DNA from: Podarcis erhardii | Taxonomy: Eukaryota | NCBI GenBank assembly: GCA_964252035.1 | Contig: OZ176201.1 | DNA length: 64,000 bases | Reading direction: 5' to 3' (one strand) | In this document: piece by piece, positions 1 through 37,203 of the stretch | Position numbering within the stretch: position 1 is the stretch's first letter | How the letters are laid out: every line of letters begins with the position of its first letter | Position numbers and translations under genes: made by a program | The notes under the pieces: generated by a model | Told to the model about the DNA's origin: nothing | Databases searched by the model: none | The model's input: the letters and a program-made list of their open reading frames with translations, nothing else

Positions 1-1317
1 GTTGGGAGCTCTGGAATTCACTTTTCATTAATTGAAAACATCTGCTCTGAGTAGCTGTTACTAGAAAGGATCTCTGAGACCAGGTAAAAGCTTTTTGGCA
101 GAAGCAGAGGAGATAAAGCAGAAGTCTGCAGAATGCAGAATATCCTCAGGTGGCTATTTGTGAACATTTGGCAAGCTAACATCAGCCTGCTTGTCAAATA
201 CCTAATTTATAATGTTGGTTTTGGCAGTCCTTACCTAATAAAGCCAAACTGAGGTGCTATTCTTTACTACTGTTTGGACAGTCCATCATACTGAGAGACG
301 TGCATCAAACAAAACAGCTGTTGGATAAACATAAACTTAACTCTGAACTTAAATCCTATGTCAGAATATTAAGGAACCGATCACTCTCCATACAGTTTAC
401 AGAGATTCAGCTATTTATCATGGCTCAACTAACACAGTTGCCAAAATTGGGCCTGGATATTAGGCCACATTTGGAAATCTGAGAAACTCTTGTGGGCACC
501 ACTATAAAATGGCTACCCTTGGGCATCTATCTAGTCACAGAAAAGCTGCCCAAGGGATCATAACTTTGCAAAAGAGAGAGGGAGAGCATGCCTATAAGAG
601 AGAAGTTGGCTCTGAATCCCAACTTTCAAAACAGACATTTCCCATGCCCCAAAGCACAACCACATAACCCATTTCAGAGAAGTAACACACATCCACCCCC
701 CAAAGCAGCTAAACAATTTTGGCAATTCCCCAAATCTGGAAAAGCTGTGGGGGCATTGGGAAAATCAGGGGAAATCCACTCACGACCTTAAGGCACAAAA
801 AACAGGCAAACTCTACTGAAGAAGTCAAACAAGTGAGACCCACCTATGTACCCCAAAAAGCAACACACATGTTGAAGGCAAAATCCATCAACACATACAA
901 GAGAAACATCCCACATGGGTCCCAGTGTCATTCTGGGGAAGGGGAAGGGAAGAGGGGTGATGTGGTTGGAGGCCTGTACTTGGTTTTCCTAGGAGCTCAG
1001 TGCCACCCAAAGCACAATAAAGGAAAATAAACTTTTTAAACAATGAGAAGGGCCAGGGTTCTCCATTGGGGCAATGGGCTGGGGACCCTAGGGATAAGGG
1101 ACTCTAAACAATGACTAAAATAAGACTTATTCAATGTTCATTGGCTGTTATTGCAGTTGATGTGTTTGGAAAATATCCTTCCTTGTTATCTTAACATTGT
1201 TGAGATTATTTCCTGGCTATAGTTCTAATAAAATTAAAATCATCTGTTGGTTGTGATTGTGAAATTTAGTGTTTTCCTGGCAGCTCTTCATTTATACCTT
1301 TTCTGTGACATTTCCAG

Positions 1318-25405
<24,088 letters not shown>

Positions 25406-25645
25406 TTTATCAGCACAGAGGAACTTTCAGGTACTGCTGTAATGGAAGTTTTCGAGCACTCCATGTGAAATGTGATCAAAGGATACCATCGTCTCTTTCC
25501 TTTCATTCCGAACAACACTCAATAGCGACTAATTGTCCTCATTCTGGCGGTAGCTTCATTGTGCATGGTTGAGTTTAAGTATCCTTGTGAATCATATGTA
25601 AATGACTTCCTCTGCAGTAGGGAAAATGTAAATTGTGTACGTGGT

Positions 25646-25657
25646 TACTTGAATGTA
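25646..25657 (+). promoter_or_regulatory. Overlapping miR-26 (TACTTGAA) and miR-181 (TGAATGTA) 8mer seed matches in PRKCD 3' UTR
   Basis: Sequence ttacttgaatgtagttatc at 25645-25663; seeds from known mature miRNA sequences. Confidence 0.7.
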
Positions 25658-25746
25658 GTTATCCGTTTGGGGGGGGGGGGAATTATGTATATGCTGTATA
25701 TTTTGCTCAAGAGGTAAAAGAGGTTATTGAAGGGTACTACCCTTCA

Positions 25747-25842
25747 AATAAAGTGAAATGGCTAGGCAGTTTTTAACGTCCATGAAACTAAATAATTTGA
25801 GTTGATTCTGAGCTTCAAATATTGCTATTTTTAATTAATAAA
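25747..25842 (+). terminator. Candidate PRKCD polyadenylation signals (AATAAA at 25747-25752 and 25837-25842)
   Basis: Canonical hexamers about 340 and 430 nt after the stop codon. Confidence 0.6.
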
Positions 25843-28342
25843 AAGTGGCATCAATTGATTATGGTGCTTCTCAGGCCCTCAGTCCAGCAGGTTTACAGCC
25901 TTTTAAGTTGTTCTTGCTTTGCTGTTCATGGATGAAGCCCCATCTAAAAGACAGTGAAAGTAGTATTTTTTTAATTTAAAAACATGTGGGCCTTTCCTTA
26001 TTAGACTACAGCTACCACAGGCCCCCTATCTGCAACTCAGTGAGTGAGGAAGTGAAGTGCTAGAGAACAAAGCTGCGTGTATGAGTGCCATTTAGTCCCC
26101 CGCCCCCTTTGAGGATGCTGTCCTGTCCTCAGTGTTGGAAGACAAATAGAACTCTCAACTTAGTTGTGTAAGTGGGGGAGGAGGTGCCATCTTGTCATTT
26201 ATTTTTCCAGGTATCAATCTGTATTGGGCACACAAGTGAGGTAGAATGCAGTTGGGCATGCATGAGACCGGGCAACACACCTTTAATGAAGGATGGTGGG
26301 CAGGTCTCATTTCAAAGAACCTGCCGTTAAAGACCTGTGTGGTTTGGGTCTAACTTTGGTCTCGTTGCCAGCCAATATAGATCTAGTCAAGCCTCAGCAC
26401 GCTTGAGAAGATGAAGGCTAGTTCCCGTAGGAGTATTTAAATACACAGTATGTGATAACTAATCATTGCTACCTTGTATCTTGATCCAGATAACAGATTT
26501 TTAGGCTAGGCACCCTACAACATGTACAGCATGTTGAAACTGTGGGGTGGGTGGGATGTGGGGTAACAGGGAAGGAATGCTGTCAAACCGATGTATTGAT
26601 TATGGATTGTTGAAAAACTTAGAAGGCTAAATAAAAATACATCTATTATCTGAAACGCTACCCTTCCTATTTTACCCTCTGAAAGCTAATGACCTGGACA
26701 CTAACCCACAAAGCAGGCTCTTTTAAGCACGAGCCACCACTGACTTGGTAGCTAGGGCCCCTCCAGGCTAGCAAGAATATCCTCCAAGTATTCCTACTTC
26801 CCCCACTCCACTACCATAAATATTGCCTTCCCTGCAATGGCTTCCCCTGAGGCCTAAAATGGATACCCCTTGGAATTAATCCTCAGGGTGTCGATGCCAG
26901 AGCAACACTCTCTTTTTAGCTCTAATGCCAACAGTGTTCTGGCATTGGTTCAGCCCTAGGCTTTGGAGGCACCAACATTAGAGCTCTGGTATCCATTAGA
27001 AAGGCTATGGTCCCCTGGGATGCTCTCTCAGGGACACATGACAGCATTTTTAAACATTCATGATTCGTTTTAAGATACACAGAATCTTTAGCTTTAATAT
27101 TTTTGCTTCTTGAAAGTTGGGTTATGCTTCAAGGCAGAAGCGCACCACTTGCAACTTGAAATATCCCTACTGCGGAAACTCTTTGTTTTGATAGCTACAA
27201 ATCTAGCCTTACTCTTGTTGAAACTCACATGATTTGTTAAGTCCAGCTTGCTGCAAGACGTATCTTTCCCATGTGCCAGGTTTCATAGGTTACTAAAAAT
27301 ATTTATTCTCTAGGCATCAAGAGCAGACACTTTGGCTAAAGAGTCAGGCAGTACAATACTTCCTAGGAGTTTGTTTTTATAGGCAAAAGCACAAGTTTCC
27401 ACAGCTACAAATACCACTATGTATTTGTAAACTACTTTTTTAACACTGAGGTAATACTAAATTAAATATAGGTCTGTCACGGTAGTCTACACGAGATTTG
27501 CCAGCTAGGACTCTGGGTGATTATCCAGATATTTCATGAAATTAAGAAGTTTAAAAATGACTCTGGGCTCAACACTGGCCTGATATAAACTGAATTCTCC
27601 TCAGGCAACTTCCTTCGTAAGAGCAATTTCTAAATCTTCCATAAATTCAGAATATACCTGTGGACATATTAGGCCACTTCCTAGAGCTACAAGTAAAAGT
27701 AAAACTGTATTAACTAAGGTATTTCCTATGGAATGTAGGTTTTATTATTTATTCCATAATTGATTTCCCTCCATCTGATTTAACACTGACTAACATTACA
27801 GAAGCATTACAGAAAATTGCCAACTGCCTTCTGTAACATTTAAACTAGTTCTTTATTTATACTGCCATCAGAAATCAGGAATCTTTTTCAGCTCAAGGGC
27901 CACACACCCTTCTTGGGGGTGCATGCGAGTGTTGGAAGGGGCAGAGAGGCAACTCAATTTAACTTTTGTAAATCAGGCTAGTTTCTACACACAGAGACAC
28001 ACACACACACACTTTCTATTCTTCATGCAGACAATCAAGAGGCATTAGGCTACAAGAACACAGTCTAATCAGACAAAAACACAGCATGTGCAAAGAAGGG
28101 CCAGTAGGAGGTCTGGACTAGAAAGTCCAGGGATAGTTTTGCCTCCCACCCAGGCCTAACTTTCCCCATTCCTGCACTACTTTGTCAGCTTATTTCCAAA
28201 CATCATAGGATGGCAAAGGAAACTGAAAATTCCTTGATCAGCTGAGAAAAGAAATACAATAATACTATGAATTACAAGACAGCAGCTGGTGATGTCTGCA
28301 AAACTACCTGGTTAAACAAGACAATTTGACACATCAACATTA

Positions 28343-28598
28343 CAGTGGTGCCCCGCAAGACGAATGCCTCGCAAGACGAAAAACTCGCTAGACGAAAGAG
28401 TTTTCCGTTTTTTGAGTCGTTCCGCAAGACGAATTTCCCTATGGGCTTGCTTCGCAAGACGAAACGTCTTGCGAGTCCTTGCGAGTTTTTTTCCTTTTTC
28501 TTAAAGCTGCTAAGCCGCTAAGCCATTAATAGCCGCTAAGCTGCTAATAGCCGTGCTTCGCAAGACAAGGATTAATTTCGTCTTGCGAGGCACCACTG
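28343..28598. mobile_element. Tc1/mariner-type MITE
   Basis: cagtggtgcccc...gaggcaccactg TIRs, TA TSD, internal cgcaagacga repeats. Confidence 0.88.
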
Positions 28599-30858
28599 TA
28601 TTTGAAACTGAAAGCTGGCCACACAGGAGAATGGGAAGTGGGAACATGAGAGCCAACCCTTTACTGGGTTTGGGGCACATAGTTTAATCCAGCTACTGAC
28701 ATACCTTAATTACATTAAATTATATTACTTTACATTTTTAAAATGAATTATTTGTGCCACGTTACCAAAGCATGGCTTGTACTTGCCAACTCAGTGTCCC
28801 ATTACTCATCATCAACATCAGGTACACAAACAAACATTCAAGAATTTGTAGTGTTAGATGCCTGGTAACTTTCAGGGAAAATAGAACACTTCTAGGCAGA
28901 TCTTTCCTAGCCACCAGTCTGTGGTTAATGCAGACTACACAAGATAGAGTGAGCAGGGCAGAATTGATCCCAGGATCATCCCATTGGTCCTAGGAGGAAA
29001 AGTACTGACTAGCAGGAAGGGTCATTTTCTGTTGTTTTGTTAAGAACAAAACAATCCTTCAAAAATAAGTTTGGAATAGGGTGAAAAAAGGATCCATCAC
29101 ACCATTTTCCAAGTTTTTAGATTTTTTCAATAACAAAGACTCAGACTAAGATAAAATAGGAGAGCTTTAAATACTGAGCAGGGTGGAGTTCAGTCTGCTT
29201 TAAGCATTTAAAGCCTCCAACTTGTGAGGAACAATTAACAGATTACTCTCTAACAGCAATTATCTCCATCCTAAACAAAAATGAAAAGAATCCATCATCT
29301 CAGCATCTTATAAACCCTGACTTTGTGGAACCAGCTGGCTAAAATCTGTTAAGCGGTTATTCTCTGTGGAGTGAAATCTCTCAGCAATTCAGTTTAAAAG
29401 GAATGATGCAAACACAGAGGAAGATGGAAAAGAAGGGATGGCAGAGGAAAGAGCGATGAGTGATGTCAGCTGGGAAAGTGATGAGAGTTATAGATTTGTT
29501 ACATAGCAGGGGGACCTAACTGCTGTTGTCAGCTCTAATTATTATTGGGCTCTACCCTAGTCACAGGCATTTTAAAAAAGCATACATTTAAGACAATGTA
29601 TTCTGGCCAAAGACTGCTACAATGACTTAAGAAAAGAGAGGGATGCATGTTGATAGAATTATCATACAGCAGTCATGAAGACAAGAGAGTTTGTGATTGT
29701 CCTAATGCTTTCCTTTTGTCCCAGCGGCTACAAACCATGTGGGTTCTATGCCCTATAAAATGGACATGCCAGGATACAGTGCTACACTTGCACCACTACA
29801 TTAAATAAATAGCACTCTTTGATGTAAAAAAATGTAGAAAGATAGCTAGAAATAAGGTTCTGATTCTCTTTGATCCAAATTAAACCAGCATTTTCAGGAA
29901 ACAACCCGAAACAATGACAGTGCTATTTAAATGCTGGCAATGGCAGCCTAAAAGAAGAGTCGTTTTATGAGTAATGGCAGGAGGTAAATAAATTATGGTT
30001 GAAGGAGGAGTAGGTGTTTAAAAGAAGCAGTCACCTGTTTCTGCTAGTCTCAAGTGCTAGTAACACTTCAAAAAGCATATGTAAATGTTGTTGTAGAATA
30101 TAAAAACCTGGAAATGACTCAATATTCATCAATAGCACTTGAAATATATGCTTGACCCAATCTGACAGATTTCAGTTTGAACATCGTTGCACTTGAGCTG
30201 GCCATGTTTGCACATACCTTAAGTGTAAAAAAAAAAAATCCAGGAGAGAGAAAAGTCAATTAGCATCCCTCACAATTTAAAACAATGTTTATTAGCTTGG
30301 ATAAATCTCATGTAAGATTAAATTGAAGGCCAAATATATCCTTAGAACTAGGTGAGTTAACAATCACATCCAAATTAGTCTCATTTAAAATCATTTGGGT
30401 CGACTATACATGTTATGACAAAAGGAAATAATTTTCATAACCTTTTCCATTTCTTGTACCTACTGAGAGGAATTTCACATAAGCAAAGCCACCAGCTATC
30501 ATTCAAGTGTACACTTAAAAGGAAACGGCTAGTAATGGCAACTCTCTGATAAATGTACCTGTCAGATCCATATTTTTAGAAACACTCTTCACACTTTCAA
30601 AAGTAGAGGATGAAGCAGTCCTGTGGATCAACAAATACAAGAGATCTTCTGGATTAGTTGATCACTAGAAACCCAGATGAAGCTGGTGGCACACCAACCA
30701 TCTAACATATCAGTTTTAAACTCATTTACTTTGAAGCAAGCAAACTCATTTCAAAGGGGCTCATTTCCAAATTGTGGAATTAGGATCACATTTTAAGTTA
30801 AATTAGAATCCAGAGCTTCGAAGTATTTTCATTTTCAAGTATCAACGTACATTTATAA

Positions 30859-30864
30859 TTTATT
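30859..30864 (-). terminator. Candidate distal poly(A) signal (AATAAA on - strand) for the exon-14b isoform
   Basis: tttatt on + strand in an AU-rich, UTR-end-like context about 2.6 kb past the 14b stop. Confidence 0.5.
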
Positions 30865-33453
30865 CTTGCACACAACGATTTTTTCAGTTATACAATCTTG
30901 TAAATAGAAACTACTGTTATCACAGTATATTTAGATGTAGCCTATAAAAATATCTACTATACATAAAATATTTAGCCACAGTTTTACAGCACGTTGAGAA
31001 ATATGAAGGGGGAGGGGGAGAGAAAGCAAATACTTCTGGTTAAGAAAAGGCTAGAAGAAAATGCTACACCCGCCAATGAAGGCTAACTTGCAGGCTTAGC
31101 TAACTCAGAGGAGAACATTTTCTTACAGGAATCACATTTACCACTTAAAATCCAAAGTTATACCTGCACAATTTCCTGCTCATTAATCCTCAACTTTACA
31201 AGGATGAAATCAAGCCCACTAAGTAGCCAATAATAATAATAATTACTTGTGGCTCACATCTAGAGAAGTTAGGGCTAGGCTGTTGACACGAATCATCTGT
31301 GATTTAAGCCATTACCCAAAATCCCCTTCTCCAGCTGACACTGTACTGTGGGCCAACAGCAGAATGCTCCCTTTTCATCTACTCCAGTAAGTAGTGATCT
31401 ACCTGAATAAATACATTATGATGTCAAGGCATATTATCTTAAAGGATGGAGTACAGCTAAAGCGCTTTTGAAGTGTTTGATAGTTTAACATAGTCCTTTT
31501 TATGTTTCTGAAATAAGGTTGGCTTTATGGCTTATCTCCAGAACGCTGAATATATTGCTAAGCTACCTTATTAAAGAAATAAAGAACACGGCAGTATGTT
31601 ATATTATAGCACCCAGCCACATAAACGAGTCCCCACTTGGCAAAGCTTACATAGTCCATTGCAGAGAACTCTTAACATTAACAGCATGGCAAGGTTTGAT
31701 GAGGTACCAGCACAGACAGCAAGGCAAAAAAGCATTCAAATCACACGGGACAAAGTTTTCTTCAGTTCAAGAACAAACAGGCACCTAATCTGCTGCTTGC
31801 TGATTTGTATCACATGGACAGATTATTTACACTACACGCTGGCTTAGTACAACAAACACAACTGGCCTAACATGCATGAAGTTTTATCACTAACAGGAAT
31901 TTCTTTCACATGCCTCCCATTCATTGCAACAGGATATATCTGGAGCGTATCCCTGTTGGGTTGTGACCCTAAAGCAGGACTGATCCAATTTCACAAGTTC
32001 ACTTATAGCATAGTATCCCTCTTTGCATATAAATACTTGAAAATCCTAGAGGGCCCTGTTCTTCACTAGGCTCTTGAGCTCCACTCAAGGAATGCACCGA
32101 GGCAAAGATGTGGCTGCTTAAGGTTCACGGAAAGAAAGAATCCTGAGTCCTCTTTTTTGGGGGGGACGGAAGATTGTTTCTATTTATGAATGTGCAAATC
32201 CTGTTCTCATCAATAAAGTAAAAGATATGCAATAAAGGATCGCTTTCATCTTACCCATCCAATGCATTTTAACTTAAATATCACCAATACATAATAAAAA
32301 CAAAAACCCAAAACAAGTAATACTTCATCTGTGACTTTGGTTCAAGAAGATGGGTAAGAACAAGCTTGCATTAATGCCAATAACTCAGGAGCGCTTCATA
32401 ATAATTTGGTCTCTCTAGTAATTTGTCTTATACCTTCCCTGCACTGTTATTGCCATTCACCTCTGGTAACCACCTAGCACCATGCTAATTGTTTTATTGT
32501 TATTATTATCTGCTCCACTTGGAGCAATGTTTACATTAGTGTCAATTAAAAATCCTCCCTTTTCATAGGCTTCTCTGCTTGGGGTTTGGAGTTTGAGGGG
32601 GTGTAAAAAGGGGAGGAGGACCAGGGAAAACAGTTAAGTAAAATATGCGGTTTTTAATAAGCAGACAAAATAGGTTTGCCGTGTGCATGATGTGGAAAGG
32701 AAACTATTCACATACTTCAAATAATAATAATAACCCAGGAGTTCTGGAACATTTCAAGATAGATGGAATGCATCTGGGAAAATATTACCTATTCTGGCTT
32801 TCCATTAAATGATGTGGAGCCTTTAGTAAAATTACCTAGAAACTAGTGCAGCTACCCAAAAAAAAGAAAGAAAATCAAATGTTTCACTGCAAAGCAATGA
32901 CCTGAAGTGGGCAACACTGCTTGTTGCTAAAATTGATATATTAACTGGATTAATATATCTCACAAGGAGACTGGTGGTACCTTTTGTTGTATACTAAAAT
33001 AAATAGTTGGAAGAATCCTCAGTTGAAGAAACACCTGTTCTATGTTCAGTAAAGATTTTATATATAATATAGGAATAAAACAGGAAATCACAGCAAGAAA
33101 GGCTTAGGAAAGTATTGCAGAAGAAAGTTAAGATACAGCATTAAGAGGGACACCAGCATTTCACACTTTTAACATCCACAGTCGAAGAACAACAGGATAA
33201 AGACAACATATATTAATTTAAAAGCAATTTCATTCTCTGTTCCACAAATACTTGGTCCATTTCAACCTTTAATGCCAACTTTGCCTTGTGCCAGACCCAG
33301 GCAGTTGAAACACCGTCTTCGAGAAGAGGAGTGCATGCATTTCTGTGTTGCTTGGTTTCCTTGAAGGCTGCCTTCATTCTCAGGTCCCTGAGTGGTTTCC
33401 TTAGCACTGCTTCAGCAGTTTGGGACGGTGCTGGCAAGGGGAGGTCAAAGGTG

Positions 33454-33513
33454 CTACAAATGATTAGGTACAGTCCTCAAAGCTTCTTCTCGAGAGCGGC
33501 TAACGCATACATT
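33454..33513 (-). CDS. PFKFB4: PFKFB4 candidate alternative (duplicated) terminal exon 14b (NVCVSRSREEALRTVPNHL*)
   Basis: Strong acceptor gctgtcttttctcttttcag, phase 0, 60 nt like exon 14a, 12/19 amino acids identical, stop at the same position. Confidence 0.85.
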   Translation of the reverse strand, partial: NVCVSRSREEALRTVPNHL

Positions 33514-34473
33514 CTGAAAAGAGAAAAGACAGCAAGCTTTATATACTTCACTCAAACACAATGCTTGCCCTTTGGCCAATTCCTGAACACTTCTCACTAC
33601 CTATAGGCTTTCCTTTGCTAGTTCATGGAAATATGGTGAAATTAAGGCTGTAATCCTATGCACATTTACTTTAGCAAAAGACCCACCAACATCAGTGAAG
33701 GCTTGCTTCCCAGAAAATGTGCATAGAGTTGGGTTGGATAAAATCACAATATTTTGTCTTATCTGGTTCCTCTATATATTCAAGCGTTGTAACAAGTTCC
33801 ATCATTCCGGAATACATTTCTCAATATGCATCTGTCTTCAGTTCCATTGTTCTGAAAACCAGCTTATCAGAAACTCAAAGAGATTCCAATGTGGGTTTAG
33901 TTGCACTTTGAATGCTTGGTCTTAGACCTCTGGGCCCCTCATGTAGCCCTAGGTATAAGTCTGTTTTTTTTCCAGTGTTCACTGGGAACTACCAACATAA
34001 GCACATGCTGCTAGCTGATTGGACAACCCAAATGAAGTGTTTTCATTATCACAGTCAGTGCAATGACACATGCACAAGTCCAGGAGGGAGAGATCCTTGA
34101 GAGTCACAAGTCTGAACCCAGCTACAATGCCTATACACAATACTCTTCCTTCCCTTTAAACCAATAACTTTATTAGGCAACAAGCTATGTAATACTACCA
34201 CCTCTCATCACAGATAAGATATGTCATGACACATTGAACACTCAACATACTAGTCTTCAGGCATTCCAGTGACATGTGAAAACAACAAGCAAGCAGAGGC
34301 AAATTGCTAAGCTCCGGCTCCATCACCCTCCATAAGTTGGGATGTTAAACATCTGAAGCAGACAACCTCCTACAGTCATGGAGGCTTCCAGCATGATTAA
34401 GGACCCAGGAAGATAAAGGTTTGAAATTGCTTAAAGAAGCCTCCACAGATACAAGAGGTTGTACATGTTAGAT

Positions 34474-34608
34474 CAGTTTTCTCAACCTTAGGTTTCCAGA
34501 TGTTGGACTACAACTCCCATCATCCTTAGCTAGCAGGACCAGTGGTCAGGGATGATGGGAGTTGTAGCCCAGCAACATCTTGGTGACTCAAGTGTTGAGG
34601 AAAACAGT
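34474..34608. mobile_element. Older copy of the short hAT-type MITE (actacaactcccatcatcc / gggatgatgggagttgtag core)
   Basis: Internal inverted repeats similar to 36050-36185; other decayed relatives near 21290-21420, 40650-40780 and 53000-53145. Confidence 0.7.
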
Positions 34609-34882
34609 GGGTGAAGCTTAGTGCACTTCTCCCCTCTTGCAAGTTGTTTTTACACACAAGTAGAATGTCTGAACAACCAGAAATTACCCTTCAGGGACTC
34701 AAAGGCTGCCAATTGCAAATCTCTATCCTAGAAGCTCAGTCTATCCTAGACTACAGTCATTCTAGCAGCTGCCATTGGATGCAAGTTGCTACCTGATCCT
34801 TGAGGTCAAGTTAAACCGCCCTACATAGTTTTTGCTCAGGCCAAAAAAAGCCATTTATATATAGGCTTTGTGTTACCAGATC

Positions 34883-35068
34883 AGGGCTATTGGACAAGGT
34901 AGATCCCATGCATTGTATGCAGAAGATCCCAAGTTCAATCCCTGAGATCTCAGCTAATGGGCAATACAAAATACCTCTGACTGTGACCTTAGAGAGCTAC
35001 TGCAATACTGGACTTACATGGACCAAGAGCCTGATCTAATATGCAGCAGCTTCCAACATTCCTTACAC
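34883..35068 (+). mobile_element. Decayed Squam-type SINE
   Basis: B-box-like cccaagttcaatccctg and tail similar to 39405-39568. Confidence 0.6.
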
Positions 35069-35881
35069 ATTTTCAAACTCCTATTGGAGTTTTCAAAGTT
35101 TGTCCTGTCCAACTGCATCCGATACTCAACTCTTCCGCACAATATGAACATTTTGTCCTGTTAATGAGCCAAACAGACATGTACCCAAGGAGCTCTAATG
35201 AGTGCCCCAATGATCTTTACCTACCATCAAGCACACCATCATTTTATTCTAAAAACCTGAACCAACTTTTCTCCACCATCAGAAGTGGTACATCTCCCCA
35301 AAAGCGAGATTTCCAGGTAACAGATTTGGGAGCAGTGAACTCATCTCTTTGCAGGAGAAATGAGTCATCCTACTCGTCAATGGAAGTATGAAACACAAAT
35401 GTGTAAGGCACCCTAATGATTATACCTGCTCCAGTGTAGGTTTGCATGGTTCGTGGCAACTTTTAAGAAAATTGCTGCTAATACGTTTTCCATTTATCTA
35501 CACATCAACTTCTACAAACTGACTACCTGGTGCAGAACAGAGATCAAAGAAGTAAGAAGATGACATTCATATGACCCCTGTGTTTTCCGCAAGGCCTGCT
35601 AGCCACTAGCAGTATAACAGTTGTTGTTGTTTTTCTCCTCCTCGGAGATTACAAAAAAAATGAGCTGTTATTCTACCCTTAAGTGAAATAGATAGGTTTC
35701 AGTTAACAAGAATGAACTAAATCTCTTAGAATGAAGACGTTGGTAGTATCCATACTCTTCAAACACAAAATGTGAGGTGAGAACACACATTCTTATCAAA
35801 AGGGCTCTTGATTTAATCTGCTAGGGTTTCATACTACATAGCCTGATCTTCCAGATCCTCTCTTCCCTGTATTACCTTGAC

Positions 35882-36185
35882 CAGGCATAGGCAAACTCGG
35901 CCCTCCAGATGTTTTGGTACTACAACTCCCATGATCATAACATCTTTCCACCCACCTGCTGGTGCCATTAAGTTAAAGAAAACAAAATGGAGAGAGTGAT
36001 ACCACCCACTTAGGCAGGCCAAAGTTCAGTGTCTCCCATCTTCTAGGGTCAGGTATCCCCAAACTCGGCCCTCCAGCTGTTTTGGAACTACAACTCCCAT
36101 CATCCCTAGCTAACAGGACCAGTGGTCAGGGATGATGGGAATTGTAGTCCCAAAACATCTGGAGGGCCGAGTTTGCCTATGCCTG
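35882..36185. mobile_element. Composite hAT-type MITE with internal third end
   Basis: TIRs caggcataggcaaactcggccctccagatgttttgg and its reverse complement; 8-bp TSD accttgac at 35874-35881 and 36186-36193; extra left-end-like sequence at 36050. Confidence 0.85.
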
Positions 36186-37203
36186 ACCTTGACTATTATC
36201 CAGGAAAGACATGAGATCCCTAATCAAAGCACTGTAGAGTGTTACAGGTCTTGCATCTGGCCTTTGAGATTGACATCACTTAAACATCTTAATGGAATCC
36301 AAGATATACATAGATACATAAGTCTTAACCCGTCCAGAAGAACAAAAAATCCAGTATTTAGGACCTTTTCTTTCCGTTCTCAAATGCAAGACCTGCTAGA
36401 GATTCACAAGGATATGTGCTCCTTTCCCTTACTTTGCCATGAGATATCACCATAATCATGATATCGATCTTACAAAACTAAAACTCCTGGATTTAAGCCA
36501 GGGGGGTTAACCTTTTCCAGCCAAGGGCTGCACTGACCCATGCCCAATGCTGTGAGAAGCATGGCAAAGTGGGCTAAGGCCAAAGAAGGAAATTAATCCC
36601 TTTTATTATCTTTCCATCTAAAATCAACCCATTTCTTTCCTTCCCCAATTCATTCTATTTGTATTTTCTTTTATATACTTTTAACTGATTGTTTTCCCTC
36701 AAAGTCCCACTTCCCCCACTCAAAATTCCCACAAATTCATTTTATTTATTCCCTGTGATGCTGATGCCATTGGTTTTCTTTGTTCTGTTGAAGCAGGGAG
36801 GGGAGAGAAATTGCCAAAAACGTTTCAAATAAGAAGCCATCAAATCTCTTAGCTGATGGGTTGGCCACTCCTGATCTAAGCAATGTAACCATCAGCACCA
36901 CCAAAGCTGATTCTCCAGCCCCAACCCCCAACATGATCTTAGTCTAGTGAAAATCGGTTGAACAAAGCAAGTGCCTCTGCTGGGGGAGAGGCTGTTCCTG
37001 GGAACATCTCTGGCCCCTATAATAGTTTTGTTTATATGTGGCAATGCAGGATTCAAGTGACAACCTTTTTCTAATCTACCAAACCTGTTTACAAGATGCT
37101 TAGAATTTAGAGTATGTAAGTTAGCAGCAGCTACACTGCTTTGGTTTGGTTTTGTGAATCACCCTGGGAATTATTTGGCTGGCAGGAAGTATGAAATGAT
37201 TTA

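Noticed and set aside
27229-27292. Exon-like segment on the minus strand (ttttag...gtgagt; one frame MKPGTWERYVLQQAGLNKS)
   Set aside because: 64 nt, weak acceptor, no partner exons and no recognisable protein family.
30834-30841. miR-26 8mer on the minus strand
   Set aside because: It lies about 17 nt downstream of the candidate AATAAA, at or beyond the expected cleavage site, so it is probably not in the mRNA.
26000-33400. A third gene (e.g. RFT1, TKT, SHISA5 or UCN2, human neighbours of these genes) between the two genes
   Set aside because: No exon matching those proteins as I recall them was found by reading either strand.
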